Shown here one piece after another: positions 22,680-34,230 of a DNA stretch of 64,000 bases; the stretch's first letter is position 1, and each line of letters starts with the position of its first letter. This stretch comes from Vezdaea acicularis. Its lineage: Eukaryota. Below the pieces are notes generated by a model. That model made no database searches, had not been told where the DNA came from, and saw nothing but the letters and a program-made list of their open reading frames with translations. The DNA is taken from assembly GCA_026025075.1 (NCBI GenBank), contig JAPEUI010000005.1, positions 186,001-250,000 on the forward strand. Reading direction: 5' to 3'. The position numbers and the translations under genes were made by a program.

Positions 22680-24054
22680 ATGCCTCTTCCGAAAGCGGAT
22701 ATAAGCTTCACACGGTTGCTCGCTCGCTGCCTTAGAAAGATAGCTTTGTTCATCGAGTCACCATATCGCGCTACAATCGAGACGCTGATCAAGATTCTTA
22801 CGTGGGTCGCCAACTATATCGAGAACCCGACGCCACCAAATCGATGGTTCATGAAAGGACTTTTCATAATTCAGATGGCAATGGCACTGAGCGTTCTAGT
22901 TCCTGCTGCAACCGCCATTCAATCGTATTGGCGCGGGCATAGGTCATATGATGTTTATTCGGGGTCATATGGTTCTTTCGTAAGGACCGAGCCTGGTATC
23001 AAGGCCTTAATGTAAGTTCTTTTGATATATAATGCAACTTGTTATCCATATAGCCTTTCTTAGCATCTTCTGTGTCTTCAAGCTATTCCGTGAAGTCAAT
23101 ATATATTCAGACATAGCTTCCTAATGAATCTATCCCTTTGCGGCGCCCTTGGCTGGGCGAGATTGTTCGATTGGAAAATCTCTGGATCATCTAGAGAACT
23201 TTCGTAGGCGGAAGATTTCTAGAGCGCTGTCACTGCTTTCTTTGTGCCAATTTTTGAAAGACATTTTGCGCCCTTCCATTATGATCTTGCTCGAAAACAT
23301 CTACTCACAGGAAGATCATCAGGGTGTCCCAGTTGATACTAGCTAGCATCACTTCTATCAACAGTGTTTTGCAAATAGTTTTCTATCCTGGAAATCCAAA
23401 TCGCGTCAAAATATGTGCTGGTATAGGTGTCCTGGGTTTCTTCGCTTGGGCTGTCATCGCTGGAGTCTCGTCGACTTGCAACGAGTACGGCTCTGAGTAC
23501 TCAGCTTGTGACTCTTTGTATGGCTCAGTTACCATATGCGATGCCATGTCCTGGTAAGGAGACCTGCGACCGGGGCGCTCGTTTAAATTTATGCTTATGA
23601 CAATTATCTGCACTTTAGCTTTCTGGCTTTTGTCGTTGCGGCCATCTTCATCCATTCACTTCGCCATCCGCATCGAAAACGTGAGTCCAGGACGGTCGAA
23701 AATGATCCATACAACAAAGCTCAGCTTCCTGGAACACCGAACATGCGATCTTCGTTGGACTCAGTACGACCGAGTAATAGTAGCGGAATAACTCGCACAC
23801 AATTCTTGCTGAACGGCCAGCTTTATGAATTGCATGCGGTGGTGGGGGTACCTGAAGCAGAATGCATCTCCCGAGTGGAGCTTGCTCAAGGAATTGCTGG
23901 CATAACAGAGTTGCCGTGTGAACAGGAGGATCGTGAGATACAAGTCAGCTCCAGGACAAGTGAACGGGAACAGGACGCTGCCCGCTCAGATGGAATGGAT
24001 GACTCAATGCGTGAAAATCAGGATGAAATCCATAGCTCTGGGGCGCGAAATTGA
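22680..24054 (+). CDS. Hypothetical small multi-exon membrane protein, possibly a degraded gene
   Basis: ORF 22680-23015 has a hydrophobic segment and a GTAAGT donor at ~23012. Further hydrophobic ORF pieces lie at 23324-23557, 23591-23791 and 23743-24054. I could not assemble a clean spliced frame. Confidence 0.3.
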
Positions 24055-25564
24055 ATCGAGGAGACTTCATGTCCGCTGTCTCAGTCTCACATTCTTGTAC
24101 CTTCGGGTGATTTGTGCCGATGGCGTCCTTTCCCAGAGAAGACGCCGGTGATTGGATATTTCCGATCCGGAGGCCCAGCGCTATCAAACATCACGATGCC
24201 GGTAAGGTCATGTGAGCACCGTGCCAGGTCAGTAGATGAGCTACGCATAGCGAAGCAGAAATCAAGGGGAAAAGCAGGATCCAATGACACGGCAGCTGAT
24301 GCGAGCTCCGTTGACTCCAGTCCGTTTGCAGAGTATCGCCATGGGAACGATACTTATGACGAAGCGGATGATCGTAAACGCAAACTTGAACCTCGGTACT
24401 ACATGCTATCGAAGGCTCATTTGAACGTCTCTTAGACAGGTCAAGGACCGGACGTGACGCTGTGGGGGATGGGCGCATTACAAGCGTAGTGGCCAAGGGT
24501 AGCTCGGCACTAATCCCAGTCTGTCCGTGCCACTGTTTAGTTTGCTGCTTAAGCGACTCGCCCTGCCTGTGCGGCACCAGGGTTGAAGCTTTTCAATCTT
24601 TGACCTCAATCGGCTTACCTGTTGGCCTAAACTTGACGAGCACTGCAAAATGAATTCTCTGGATGCTGAAGATGAGATCGGGAAAGGTGCTCAGGGGGCC
24701 CGATCGTCTACGAGAGTGTACGACCACTTCGCCTTACCGTGGAGCGAAAGATGAGGTACCTATCATTTATTCCCCATATTTCCTTGTTCATCTGGTTCCT
24801 CTCGCTCGTCCCGACGGGTCGAAATCGGTGCCGAGCCCCGTGCCATGCAGTAGCATCACTCGATGACACATTCCACACCATGTACCCACAAAGCTTGTTA
24901 TTTGCTTTAAGATTGCGGCATGGCGCGAACACCTGGTTTCTTCTCCGCACGAACATGTGTACCGATGGCATCCGGCAATTGAAGAATGCATGCAGCCTAA
25001 GACATTTATGGCCTGACAGATTGTTGTTTACTGCGAATCCAACGGGTGGTAGAGACCGTCACATAGTCCTCCTCAACCGTCATATCGCTTCTGCAAAGCC
25101 ACTGCCTCTGGAATCTTGGGATTCCCTCTTCTTTTTCATTGTCTATTGAGTTATGGCCGGCTGTTTTGGATGCCTCTCCGGCTTTGGAGGGCTCCAGCCT
25201 GCGCAAGCCTCGATCCGCTGGGCCTCCATAGCTTCCATAGAACAGACCCGTCCGCTCGGGTTGCCAATTTGAAGCCACAGTGGACTTGTTCGGTGAGCCA
25301 CCGCGCCGATCTACCCCAACGGTAGACCCATGCCCAGCTAGGCTGAGGCAATTCAAAATTTCACAGAACAATTTCGAGGCATTCCAGGCTTTACTCAGAC
25401 AGGACCTATAAAGCTCCAGCTCCCCAGCACTTTATGTCAACGAACATTTCCTTCGAGCCCTCTGGCCGTTGTTATTCTCTCCTCAAGTCGTTCTTTATCA
25501 GTATCAGTCTTTCGGCCACTGGCCACCACTCTCGTTAACTCTATTAATATTCATTGTCTCCGTA

Positions 25565-28168
25565 ATGGGTTTCTCAAAGATGGCCTTGATTGCCACTGCG
25601 GCCTTTGCAATGGCCTCGTCGGCTTTAGCATCTAATTCTGTGCTTCACCCTCGGGATGTTCCAATTTTGCCGCCCTGCTCGTATCCATTCACCGACTTTG
25701 TATACAGCGGCTGTTTCATAGATTCTCAACCCATTCTAGGTCTTACCTTTGATCCTCTGCTTAATGGCAACCTCGTAACGCCAGAGCTCTGCATTGCCGC
25801 GTGCAAAGCCAATGGCTATAAGTATGCTGGTGAGTGGAGTTGATCCCATGAGGCCTTGAAATTCTCTAATAATTTTCCAGGTCTTGAGTATTATTTCGAA
25901 TGTAAATGTGGTGAAACCATCGGAGGGGCACAAACTTCCCAGAGTGACTGTAATCTTCCTTGCGCGGGGAACTCAAGGTTTGAAATACCCAGAAGTTTCT
26001 TCAGTTAATCATACCTAACACCTCTCAGCGAGATTTGCGGGGGCTTTAATCGTTTATCTGTCTACCAAGATCCGACCTTCCCGGCGGTCAACAATACCAC
26101 AATCGTTTCAGACTACAAATACGTAGACTGCTATACCGAAGGTATCGGTGGCCGTACTCTATCTACACTCCTAAATCTCAACCCTTTAACAATTACCGTG
26201 GAGAGCTGCCTCCAAGCCTGTGGAAATGCTGGGTATCCTCTCGCCGGTGTTGAATTCGGCAGCCAATGCTTCTGTGGCGTCGTATTGGGCAACGGAACCT
26301 CGATTGCTCCACCAGGGAGCTGCAACATGCCTTGTAACGGTAACGCCAGCGAGACGTGTGGTGGGCCTTCTCTCCTGAATCTTTACGTATCAGCCGATTT
26401 CGAATCTACAATGCCTTGTGGGCCGTTTGTCCAGCCGCCTCCTTCTTCGACCACCACCGTTTCGGCTACTTCGGCTACTTCATCTACTTCGTCAACTTCT
26501 TCGACTTCCTCGGCTTCCTCAGCTTCTTCGACTTCTTCGACTTCTTCAACTTCCTCGGCAGCTTCGACCACTTCAAGTACTTCGTCTGCATCGTCCACTT
26601 CATCCATCTCGTCTACATCGTCCTCTTCATCTACGTCATCAAGCTCTTCGGATTCTTCGACTTCTTCCACTTCCTCGACTTCCTCGACAACGTCGACTAC
26701 TTCCTCTACTTCATCCACATCATCTGCGCCGTCCACGTCGTCTACTTCATCTACGTCGTCAACCTCTTCGGCTTCTTCGACCTCTTCGACTTCTTTGGAT
26801 TCCTCAACCTCCTCAACTTCCTCGACAACGTCGACTACTTCGTCTACCTCGTCTACATCCTCTACTTCATCCACCTCGTCCACTTCATCTCCTTCGTCGA
26901 CTTCTTCAACTTCCTCAACCACGTCGACAACTTCGTCTACGTCGTCTGCGCCATCTACTTCGTCTACTTCATCTACGTCGTCAACCTCTTCGGCTTCTTC
27001 GACTTCTTCGACCTCTTCGACCTCTTCGACTTCTTCGGATGCTTCAACTTCCTCAACTTTCTCGACAACGTCGACTACTTCGTCTACCTCGTCTACATCC
27101 TCTACTTCATCCACCTCGTCCACTTCATCTGCTTCGTCGACTTCTTCAGCTTCCTCGACCACGTCGACAACTTCATCTACGTCGTCAGCGCCATCCACTA
27201 CGTCAACTTCATCTACGTCGTCCACCTCTTCAACTTCTTCAGCTTCCTCGACCACCTCAACTACCTCAACAACCCCGATCACATCGACCTCCTCGACCTC
27301 CTCGACCTCCTCGACCTCCTCGACCTCCTCGACCTCCTCGACTAGCTCGACTAGCTCGACCAGCTCGACTACGTCGTCGACCTCTTCGACTTCCTCGACT
27401 ACTTCGTCCACTTCATCTTCTACTTCAACGACATCCACTTTGTCTACTTCTTCAAGCACATCCACTTCGTCTATTTCTTCAAGTACATCCACTTCTTCAA
27501 CTTCTTCAAGTACATCCACTTCATCTATCTCATCCTCATCCACGTCAAGTACCACAACTTCTTCCTCTTCAACTTCGACTTCGACTTCGACTTCGTTAAC
27601 TACAATGACCACTTCAAGCACTTTAGCGGCTTCAACCACTTCAAGCATCTCCACCTGCCCCACTCCCACCCCAACCGGGTGCCACTGCGTTGTACCGAGC
27701 CTATACACTGATGATAACACCATCGGCGGCATCACGCTTCCCTGCGTAGGATGTAACAACGAAAGGTCGGACTGGACCAGCAATCCCTATAAGCTATACA
27801 CCAACGGCGACACGAGGCAGTGCGGATCTTACGAGCGTCACAGACTCAATGATGCCTGCCTCGAAGCGTGCGTCTGGCAGTATAATCAATGCATCTTCAC
27901 GTACGCCAACAGCCGCAAAGGCAGAGGTGGCCGTGGTAGGGGCCATGGCGGCTTTGATACCTATCAGAGCGCAAGCAGGAAGTGTATTGACCAGTATTAT
28001 GCCTGTTACGCGGTCAATCAATACATTGAGGACTTCAGCACGTGCACGGAGCCGCCCAGCCAGCCAGGGCAGGAGGGAGATTGTACACCCGGTGGGCCAG
28101 CGCCTTTCGGCGAGAATAGGCAGCTCACTTCTCCTAATGAGGGCTGGTATGGGTGGGGCTGGCAGTAA
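25565..28168 (+). CDS. Secreted WSC-domain protein: signal peptide, two WSC domains, long Ser/Thr stalk and C-terminal Cys-rich domain
   Basis: Signal peptide MGFSKMALIATAAFAMASSALA. WSC motifs YSGCF..CIAACKANGYKYAGLEY..C.CG and YVDCY..CLQACGNAGYPLAGVEFGSQCFCG..CNMPCNGNASETCGG. Introns at ~25830-25880 and ~25978-26028. Confidence 0.88.
26450..27655 (+). repeat. Low-complexity Ser/Thr-coding repeat: 9-nt STS units nested in a ~240-nt higher-order duplication
   Basis: The 60-nt lines starting at 26821 and 27061 are identical (240-nt period). A pure (tcgacctcc)n run lies at ~27284-27340. Confidence 0.9.
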
Positions 28169-29746
28169 GTCACCATAGTCAAGTGAGTTGGGACAAAGGT
28201 CGCAGTGTCTTTACTTTTGTTTCTCTATTCCAATTTTGTATGGTACGGAGGATTGGGCTCGGGTTTAATTCACGGAGATGTCAGGGTATTGATGCTGGGT
28301 TCCACCCTTATTTAATATGCCCTCACGTGGGCCTGTATGACTATATCTCTTCAATTTCTCATCGCATCCTCCTCGTGATATGTAATATACACCATTAATT
28401 ACAATAATTGATCCAAGCAATTCCTGATATGAGTGCTTCTGCTTGAAATCAGGTAGTGATTGCCCATTCTACTATGGCTAAAAAAAGCCCCTAGCGCTTC
28501 CTCCCGGATATCAAGGCCCCGAAAATGTGCCCCTTGCGTCGCACTTGCCAAGAACTTTGAGAGACCACGCAGGATGTAGGCATTGCTTGACTCATAAAGC
28601 GCAGGATTTGCTCCTCACAATAGAGATATAGTTCAATTTCTACCGTGAGAGGTCTGTCCAGAAGTATTGGGAGGTCTCCATGTATCCAGCTATGATTTGG
28701 ATGCGTACTTTCTGGGCGCGTCATGCTACGAACAACTATCATTTAGAGGTAAAGAGGATTTTCAATTGGATGCGTGAGGCGATCGCCTAAGTGTATAGCT
28801 GTTCTACGGATGATATGTCATAGTCCAGCTACGCGTTGAACAGGAAGGGCTCCTGTACGACTGGTATGGGGAGTGTCGCAGATTGTCTTATCTGGCCGCT
28901 GACATTCACCGAAAAGCACAAAAGAATAGTCGTAGCGTGGTTCTTGCAATGAAGTACAAGCAAAGAGGAAATAGTTATAATTGAGGCAACTATCATCAAA
29001 CAAGCTTCATAAATGAGTCTCTGACGACGTGAATACTGAACTAATCACATCATGCGGCGGACATAGACGCAGGTAGATGCGAAGGAGGCGCTTAGGAAAA
29101 CAAAGAAGGAAACCTGGGGTGGTGGATAAGATGAATACCGCAACGAAGAATGTAGTGAAGCTGCTAGGAATCGGAAATGCAATCCCATTTCGCGCTAACA
29201 TCGGTTTTGGACGGCAGTGATGAAGAATATGGGAGTTTATCTCTCGAACAGGCCGTCTGGAAAACGACAAAATTGCATTTATCACAGCACTGAAAGCTTT
29301 GATTTAAATTTGAATATTATCTCGAAGATGTGGTGATGTAACGCGCTTCCCTCATTTTAGATGAAATTCTTTTGAAAGATCAGGTAAACGTTGTCGTAAA
29401 AAGGACACGCGAAGACGAGGTTAAATAAGTGATATCGGCACAACGAATGAGATCCACCATCCAATGGGAGAGGCAATCTCCCAGGCGTCGAATATGAAAT
29501 GCTACCAGTTTTCCATAGCATGTCTCATATGAGGAGCATCTAATTCTGCATTTTAGAACTTATGTGATCGAGCAGAACTACACATTTCAGGACTCGGCAA
29601 CTTTACCCGCTAAAAGCCGCGTGCTGCTAACCTGCGCGGGAAATTCTACTTTGCGCTGGAATCTCCTGAAGACCTTTTCATCTTCAAGGCCGTGCATCTG
29701 GTAGAACAATTGAAGTTCTACCCGGGCACATGACGCATATGCGTCC

Positions 29747-31606
29747 ATGATGCTCCCACAGCCTAATGCGACCCTCGCTCGCTCTGTGCTCCTTGCGGTG
29801 GTCATCTTCTCGATAATTTGGTGGATCAAAGTGACGTCTCCTCTGTCGAAAACGCCGAACGAGCCTACCTATACGTCTCCAGCATCAACGGGAACTCCAC
29901 CAGTTGACATAGATCCACTACCGCACGATCCTGGCAGGAATCATCCTATCGATGCTCTAATACAACAAGCCAACCTTCGGTTTGAGAATCTCCTCTCAAA
30001 GCGCACCGAAACGCTCAAAGATGCTGCAGCCGCCTACCGCAGGCGGCGAGGGCGGCACCCACCTCCCAGATTCCAGAAATGGTTCGAGTTCGCCCAGCAA
30101 AGGGATGCGATCATAGTGGAGGACTTCTTTGATCAGATATACCACGACTTGAACCCATTCTGGGGCCGCCCGGCAGCCGAGGTTAGGACCGAGGCGCATG
30201 GCCTTGATCAGGTCATTGCCGTTCGAAATGGCAATGCCACAACGACCAGCACGGCAATGCGAGCTCCGACCTGGGCAGAGATGATTGACACAATATCTCA
30301 GTACCTACCAGATATGGATGTCGCCTGCAACACGATGGATGAGACGCGACTCAATGTGAAATGGGAGGACATCAACCAATACATCACCAAAGAGCTCGCA
30401 TCAAGACAGCTTTTACCGGCAGATCAGATCAGGGAGACATTCAAAGGCTTCGAGAACATTGAAAACGAAGCCGGAGGTCAGCTGGAGGTGGAATGGGAGT
30501 CGGCGTACGACCCCCCTTACTTCGATCGACTAAGGAAAACCTGTCCTCCCGAGAGCTTGGCGCGGAACAGCACTGTCATAGACAAATGGGACAAGGCGCC
30601 AGATCTGTTTATCCAGAATGCAATTCCTCATCTGTATCAAGGCTACGTCTCGAATACAACTCTAGCGACATCGATCTGCCATCAACCAGACATCCAGGCC
30701 CAAAATGGCATATTCATCGAGCCCGTCTCCCTTAAAACATCCTCGCGTCTCCTCCCTCTTTTCGCAGAATGCAAACTTGCAATGAACAATGAGATTCTCA
30801 TCCCGTCCGTCACGTACTGGAACAAGAACGACGCGTACACACCGAAAGAATTCGGTAATGCTTGGAAAGATAAACATCCCATAGCCATCTGGCGCGGCCG
30901 TAACGCCGGCGGGCGCAACAAAGAGGACAATTGGCGCGCATATCAACGTCCGCGCTTCGTCTCAATGACAAACGGGACGCAGGTGACACGTGCGGAGAAC
31001 TGGGATGAGGTCCCGCCCAATTTCCAGCTTCCTCCTGTCGAATACAATATTACTGCCATGCACAAGGGGCACCTAGGCGACTGGCTCAAGACATTAACTG
31101 ACATTGGCCTGACAACGCTAGAATGTTTTCCTCAGACGGAAGACAACACGTGTTCTTATAGCGGTCCCTTCTTCACGCCCGCCAAGCAAGTCTCAATGGA
31201 TGATCAATTCGAATGCAAGTACCTCCCCGACATCGATGGCAACAGTTTTAGCGGGCGCTACCTAAGTTTCCTGGAATCGACGTCCCTCCCTATAAAAGCA
31301 ACGCTATTCCAGGAATGGCATGACTCGCGCCTGGTAGCATGGAAGCACTTCGTGCCTATGGATAGCCGCTTCCTTGACTTCTATGGTATCATGGAGTACT
31401 TCGAGGGATACACATGGGAGGGAAAGACCATTGTGCCTGGGCATGATAGGGAAGCCGAGACGATTGCGACTGCAGGCCAGCAGTGGGCAAACAAGGTGCT
31501 CAGGAAAGAAGACATGCAGGTTTATGTCATGCGTCTGTTACTCGAATATGCAAGGATTTTGGACGACGATCGGGATCATCTTGGTTGGGTTGAAGACCTG
31601 AAATGA
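29747..31606 (+). CDS. Glycosyltransferase family 90, CAP10/CXT1-like (beta-1,2-xylosyltransferase-like)
   Basis: Single 619-aa ORF with an N-terminal type II TM anchor. Motifs YRRRRGRHPPPRF, DQIYHDLNPFWG, WRGRNAGG, KYLPDIDGNSFSGRY, EWHDSRLVAWKHFVP and LRKEDMQVYVMRLLLEYAR. Confidence 0.9.
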   Translation: MMLPQPNATLARSVLLAVVIFSIIWWIKVTSPLSKTPNEPTYTSPASTGTPPVDIDPLPHDPGRNHPIDALIQQANLRFENLLSKRTETLKDAAAAYRRRRGRHPPPRFQKWFEFAQQRDAIIVEDFFDQIYHDLNPFWGRPAAEVRTEAHGLDQVIAVRNGNATTTSTAMRAPTWAEMIDTISQYLPDMDVACNTMDETRLNVKWEDINQYITKELASRQLLPADQIRETFKGFENIENEAGGQLEVEWESAYDPPYFDRLRKTCPPESLARNSTVIDKWDKAPDLFIQNAIPHLYQGYVSNTTLATSICHQPDIQAQNGIFIEPVSLKTSSRLLPLFAECKLAMNNEILIPSVTYWNKNDAYTPKEFGNAWKDKHPIAIWRGRNAGGRNKEDNWRAYQRPRFVSMTNGTQVTRAENWDEVPPNFQLPPVEYNITAMHKGHLGDWLKTLTDIGLTTLECFPQTEDNTCSYSGPFFTPAKQVSMDDQFECKYLPDIDGNSFSGRYLSFLESTSLPIKATLFQEWHDSRLVAWKHFVPMDSRFLDFYGIMEYFEGYTWEGKTIVPGHDREAETIATAGQQWANKVLRKEDMQVYVMRLLLEYARILDDDRDHLGWVEDLK

Positions 31607-31876
31607 TCACACGCTGGCTTTTGGGTGTAAATACTTACCCATCCCTATATCGGTCGCGGGGTGTACAAATAGGATATTGGAGGGGCGTCACGGAGGTGAA
31701 CATTTAAGGGTTTCTTGGGCTATATCTACTTAGTGGTAGAGTACTTGTATATTAGCAATAAAGGGGCCTCCCCTATCCGAGGAAAAGCTTGATATCACGT
31801 GTGAATTTCTTCGCGCAGCCAAGTCTCGCGACGAGCCTTGGCCCTTTTGCAGGCGCGGACTAGGTGTCACCGAAGC

Positions 31877-32908
31877 ATGGCGACATTTCCGCGAATGGCG
31901 CAGAGCATTCCGCTGTGGATCCGGCGTCAATACATTCTCTTATCCATTGGTGCGACCTGCATTCTCTGGCTCCTGTTGCAGTATCCTTCGCAATTGCCTG
32001 CACGCGATCCAGGCTTCGGCCTCCTCAGTCAAACATCCTCAAAATCCCCCGTCGCAATCGCGACGTTCCTCACAGGGACCTATGGCTCCGGCGACGATAA
32101 CTACTACACCGCTGCGCGCATCCTGACATACCAGCTACTACATGCGAACGAGACACGCTGCTCACGCGAGATTCCTTTCCTGATTCTCGTCACGAACTCA
32201 GTCTCGAGGGCGAAACAGCAGCAATTAGCCCGTGATGGCGCAACGATCGTGCAGGTCGAGGACGTGCCGCTGCATTGGTGGATCAAGACCGGGGTGAAGC
32301 GGTGGAAAGATCAGTTCACGAAGCTGAGGCTTTTCCAGATGGTCCAGTATGAGAGGATTCTGTTCTTGGATGCGGATACGCTGCTCACGAGGCCGGTGGA
32401 TCCGATTTTCGACGAGCCGGCCGTGAGGACGCCAGAGAAAACGAGGTTGGAGAGGAGCGGTGAGATGAAGGCGGATGAGAGCCCATTGCCTGCTGAATAC
32501 ATCTTTGCGGCGAGGTCGGACAATGCGCTCAGCGGCGAGCGTGAGCATCCCTTCCCACCGGCGCATACGGAGGTGTTTAGCGCTGGGTTCTGGGTTGCGG
32601 CACCATCTCACGAGCTGTATGCATATCTTCTCTCTGTGATGGGCCGCTATCGACGCTTCGACCCGTATACGATGGAGCAGAGTCTGCTGAACTATGCTTT
32701 TCGACGAGCGGGAACAATGCCTTGGACGGAGCTCGATTACAAGTGGAGTGCAACATGGCCGAACTTAGAAGACAAGGCAGGGGGAGTGGCGGCTTTGCAT
32801 GAAAAGTTCTGGGGCTTTACATCTGGGGACATGCGAAACTTTTGGGAAGAATCTAAAGAAAATATGGAGAACTACTACAAGCATGTTGCCCAGTCTAGCA
32901 ACCCTTGA
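31877..32908 (+). CDS. Glycosyltransferase family 8 (glycogenin-like fold), type II membrane protein
   Basis: N-terminal TM segment. Motifs FTKLRLFQMVQYERILFLDAD (DxD), FSAGFWV..PS, EQSLLNY and LHEKFW. Confidence 0.85.
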   Translation: MATFPRMAQSIPLWIRRQYILLSIGATCILWLLLQYPSQLPARDPGFGLLSQTSSKSPVAIATFLTGTYGSGDDNYYTAARILTYQLLHANETRCSREIPFLILVTNSVSRAKQQQLARDGATIVQVEDVPLHWWIKTGVKRWKDQFTKLRLFQMVQYERILFLDADTLLTRPVDPIFDEPAVRTPEKTRLERSGEMKADESPLPAEYIFAARSDNALSGEREHPFPPAHTEVFSAGFWVAAPSHELYAYLLSVMGRYRRFDPYTMEQSLLNYAFRRAGTMPWTELDYKWSATWPNLEDKAGGVAALHEKFWGFTSGDMRNFWEESKENMENYYKHVAQSSNP

Positions 32909-34230
32909 TCGGGTGGCCCGAGTCCAAAACCTACCAAATCGCCAAAGTATTCGCATGAGTACTCAACCCGTCTACAATTGTAATCCGTTCTGGACACATA
33001 AAAAGAGCATTGTATCTCTTACGTTGAGCGTTTGCTGAAGCGCGGGTCACTGCAAACGTCCATTTACCGGTCTCGTGGCATTTCATTGTCAGCCTCTCAG
33101 GATCTAACATCTCACCTGTGGGACAGCATGACTTCGCTAGTATATACTCAGGAACATGGCATTCTAGCGAGTTGATTGGTCGGTTGTGGTCCTAAAAGAT
33201 GCTGCCATGCTCACCAGCCTCCGCGGGCCACGCTTCGAAAGTTACAGAGGCTTCCGCTACAGCGGAGAAATAGCAATCACGGCGTCATTCGAGCATGGCT
33301 CTAGACTGGCAGATATTGGCCCGTCGATGACCATCGTCCGGACCCGTTTTCTGCCTTGTCAAGGCAAAGTTCATCCTCTCTCCGGGGTGCTTGCTCCGGT
33401 AATTCTCTATCCACGCAGTACAAATGATGATATGTTCAGCATGAACATCGCCCCCAAGCGCTCCTGGTCAAATATCAATAACTAGAGCTTTGCTCCTATC
33501 GATTATTTCCTGCCGTGGGATTCGACGGGCTGCAAATGCATCATATCTGATGCCTTTTCTTCGTTGCGTACGTGCGGTAGTTGAGCGGGGTGCCTTGCCT
33601 CCTATACCGTGAATAGCACTTGCACATTGTAAGTTACTCCATTCCTATCATCTATCGTCTATTTTCTCTCTAACTGTTGACCAGTGACCCACAACGATTT
33701 TTGACGCCCGCTTGAAATCTATCGTAACGTTGGAAGCATTTGCCTTCTAAGAGAGGATTAGCACAATCATCAACAAGTGACATCTAGAGGTACTTCATTA
33801 AAGAAAGCATCCATGGGCAGATGTGCGCTTTAGAATTAGTCAATCCCATTAGTTGTGCTACCTATGGGGTTATTACGTGGCGGAAGCTGTCCCTGTAAGA
33901 TCCACTGTGCGTATTGAGGTTGTATGAATAGTCAAAGGCAATTTATCCTTGCAAGGATAGCCAACCGTGGAACCTAGAGTATGTAGTCTCATGATGTGAA
34001 TGCGAGGCTTGGCACTGGTAATGGCTGGCATACTCGGTGAAGCTATAGATGTGGGGATGTTGAGGAATGTATATTATTGCGGGCTCCTTACAGATTGAGA
34101 GGCTTAAGCATCATGATATCACGCAGCAAACCCTCCGAACAGAAATATACCCGAACCCCCCGGCAAATTGCGAAGCAGACATGATAAAGCGCCAAAGTGA
34201 CGCTACAGAGGGAGGCAGATTCGCTACCAT

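Noticed and set aside
26356..27783. Long alternative-frame and antisense ORFs (466-aa Glu/Val-rich, 393-aa Leu/Arg-rich, 329-aa Phe-rich)
   Set aside because: Shadows of the stop-free Ser/Thr repeat in the WSC gene; only the STS frame connects to the signal peptide and WSC domains.
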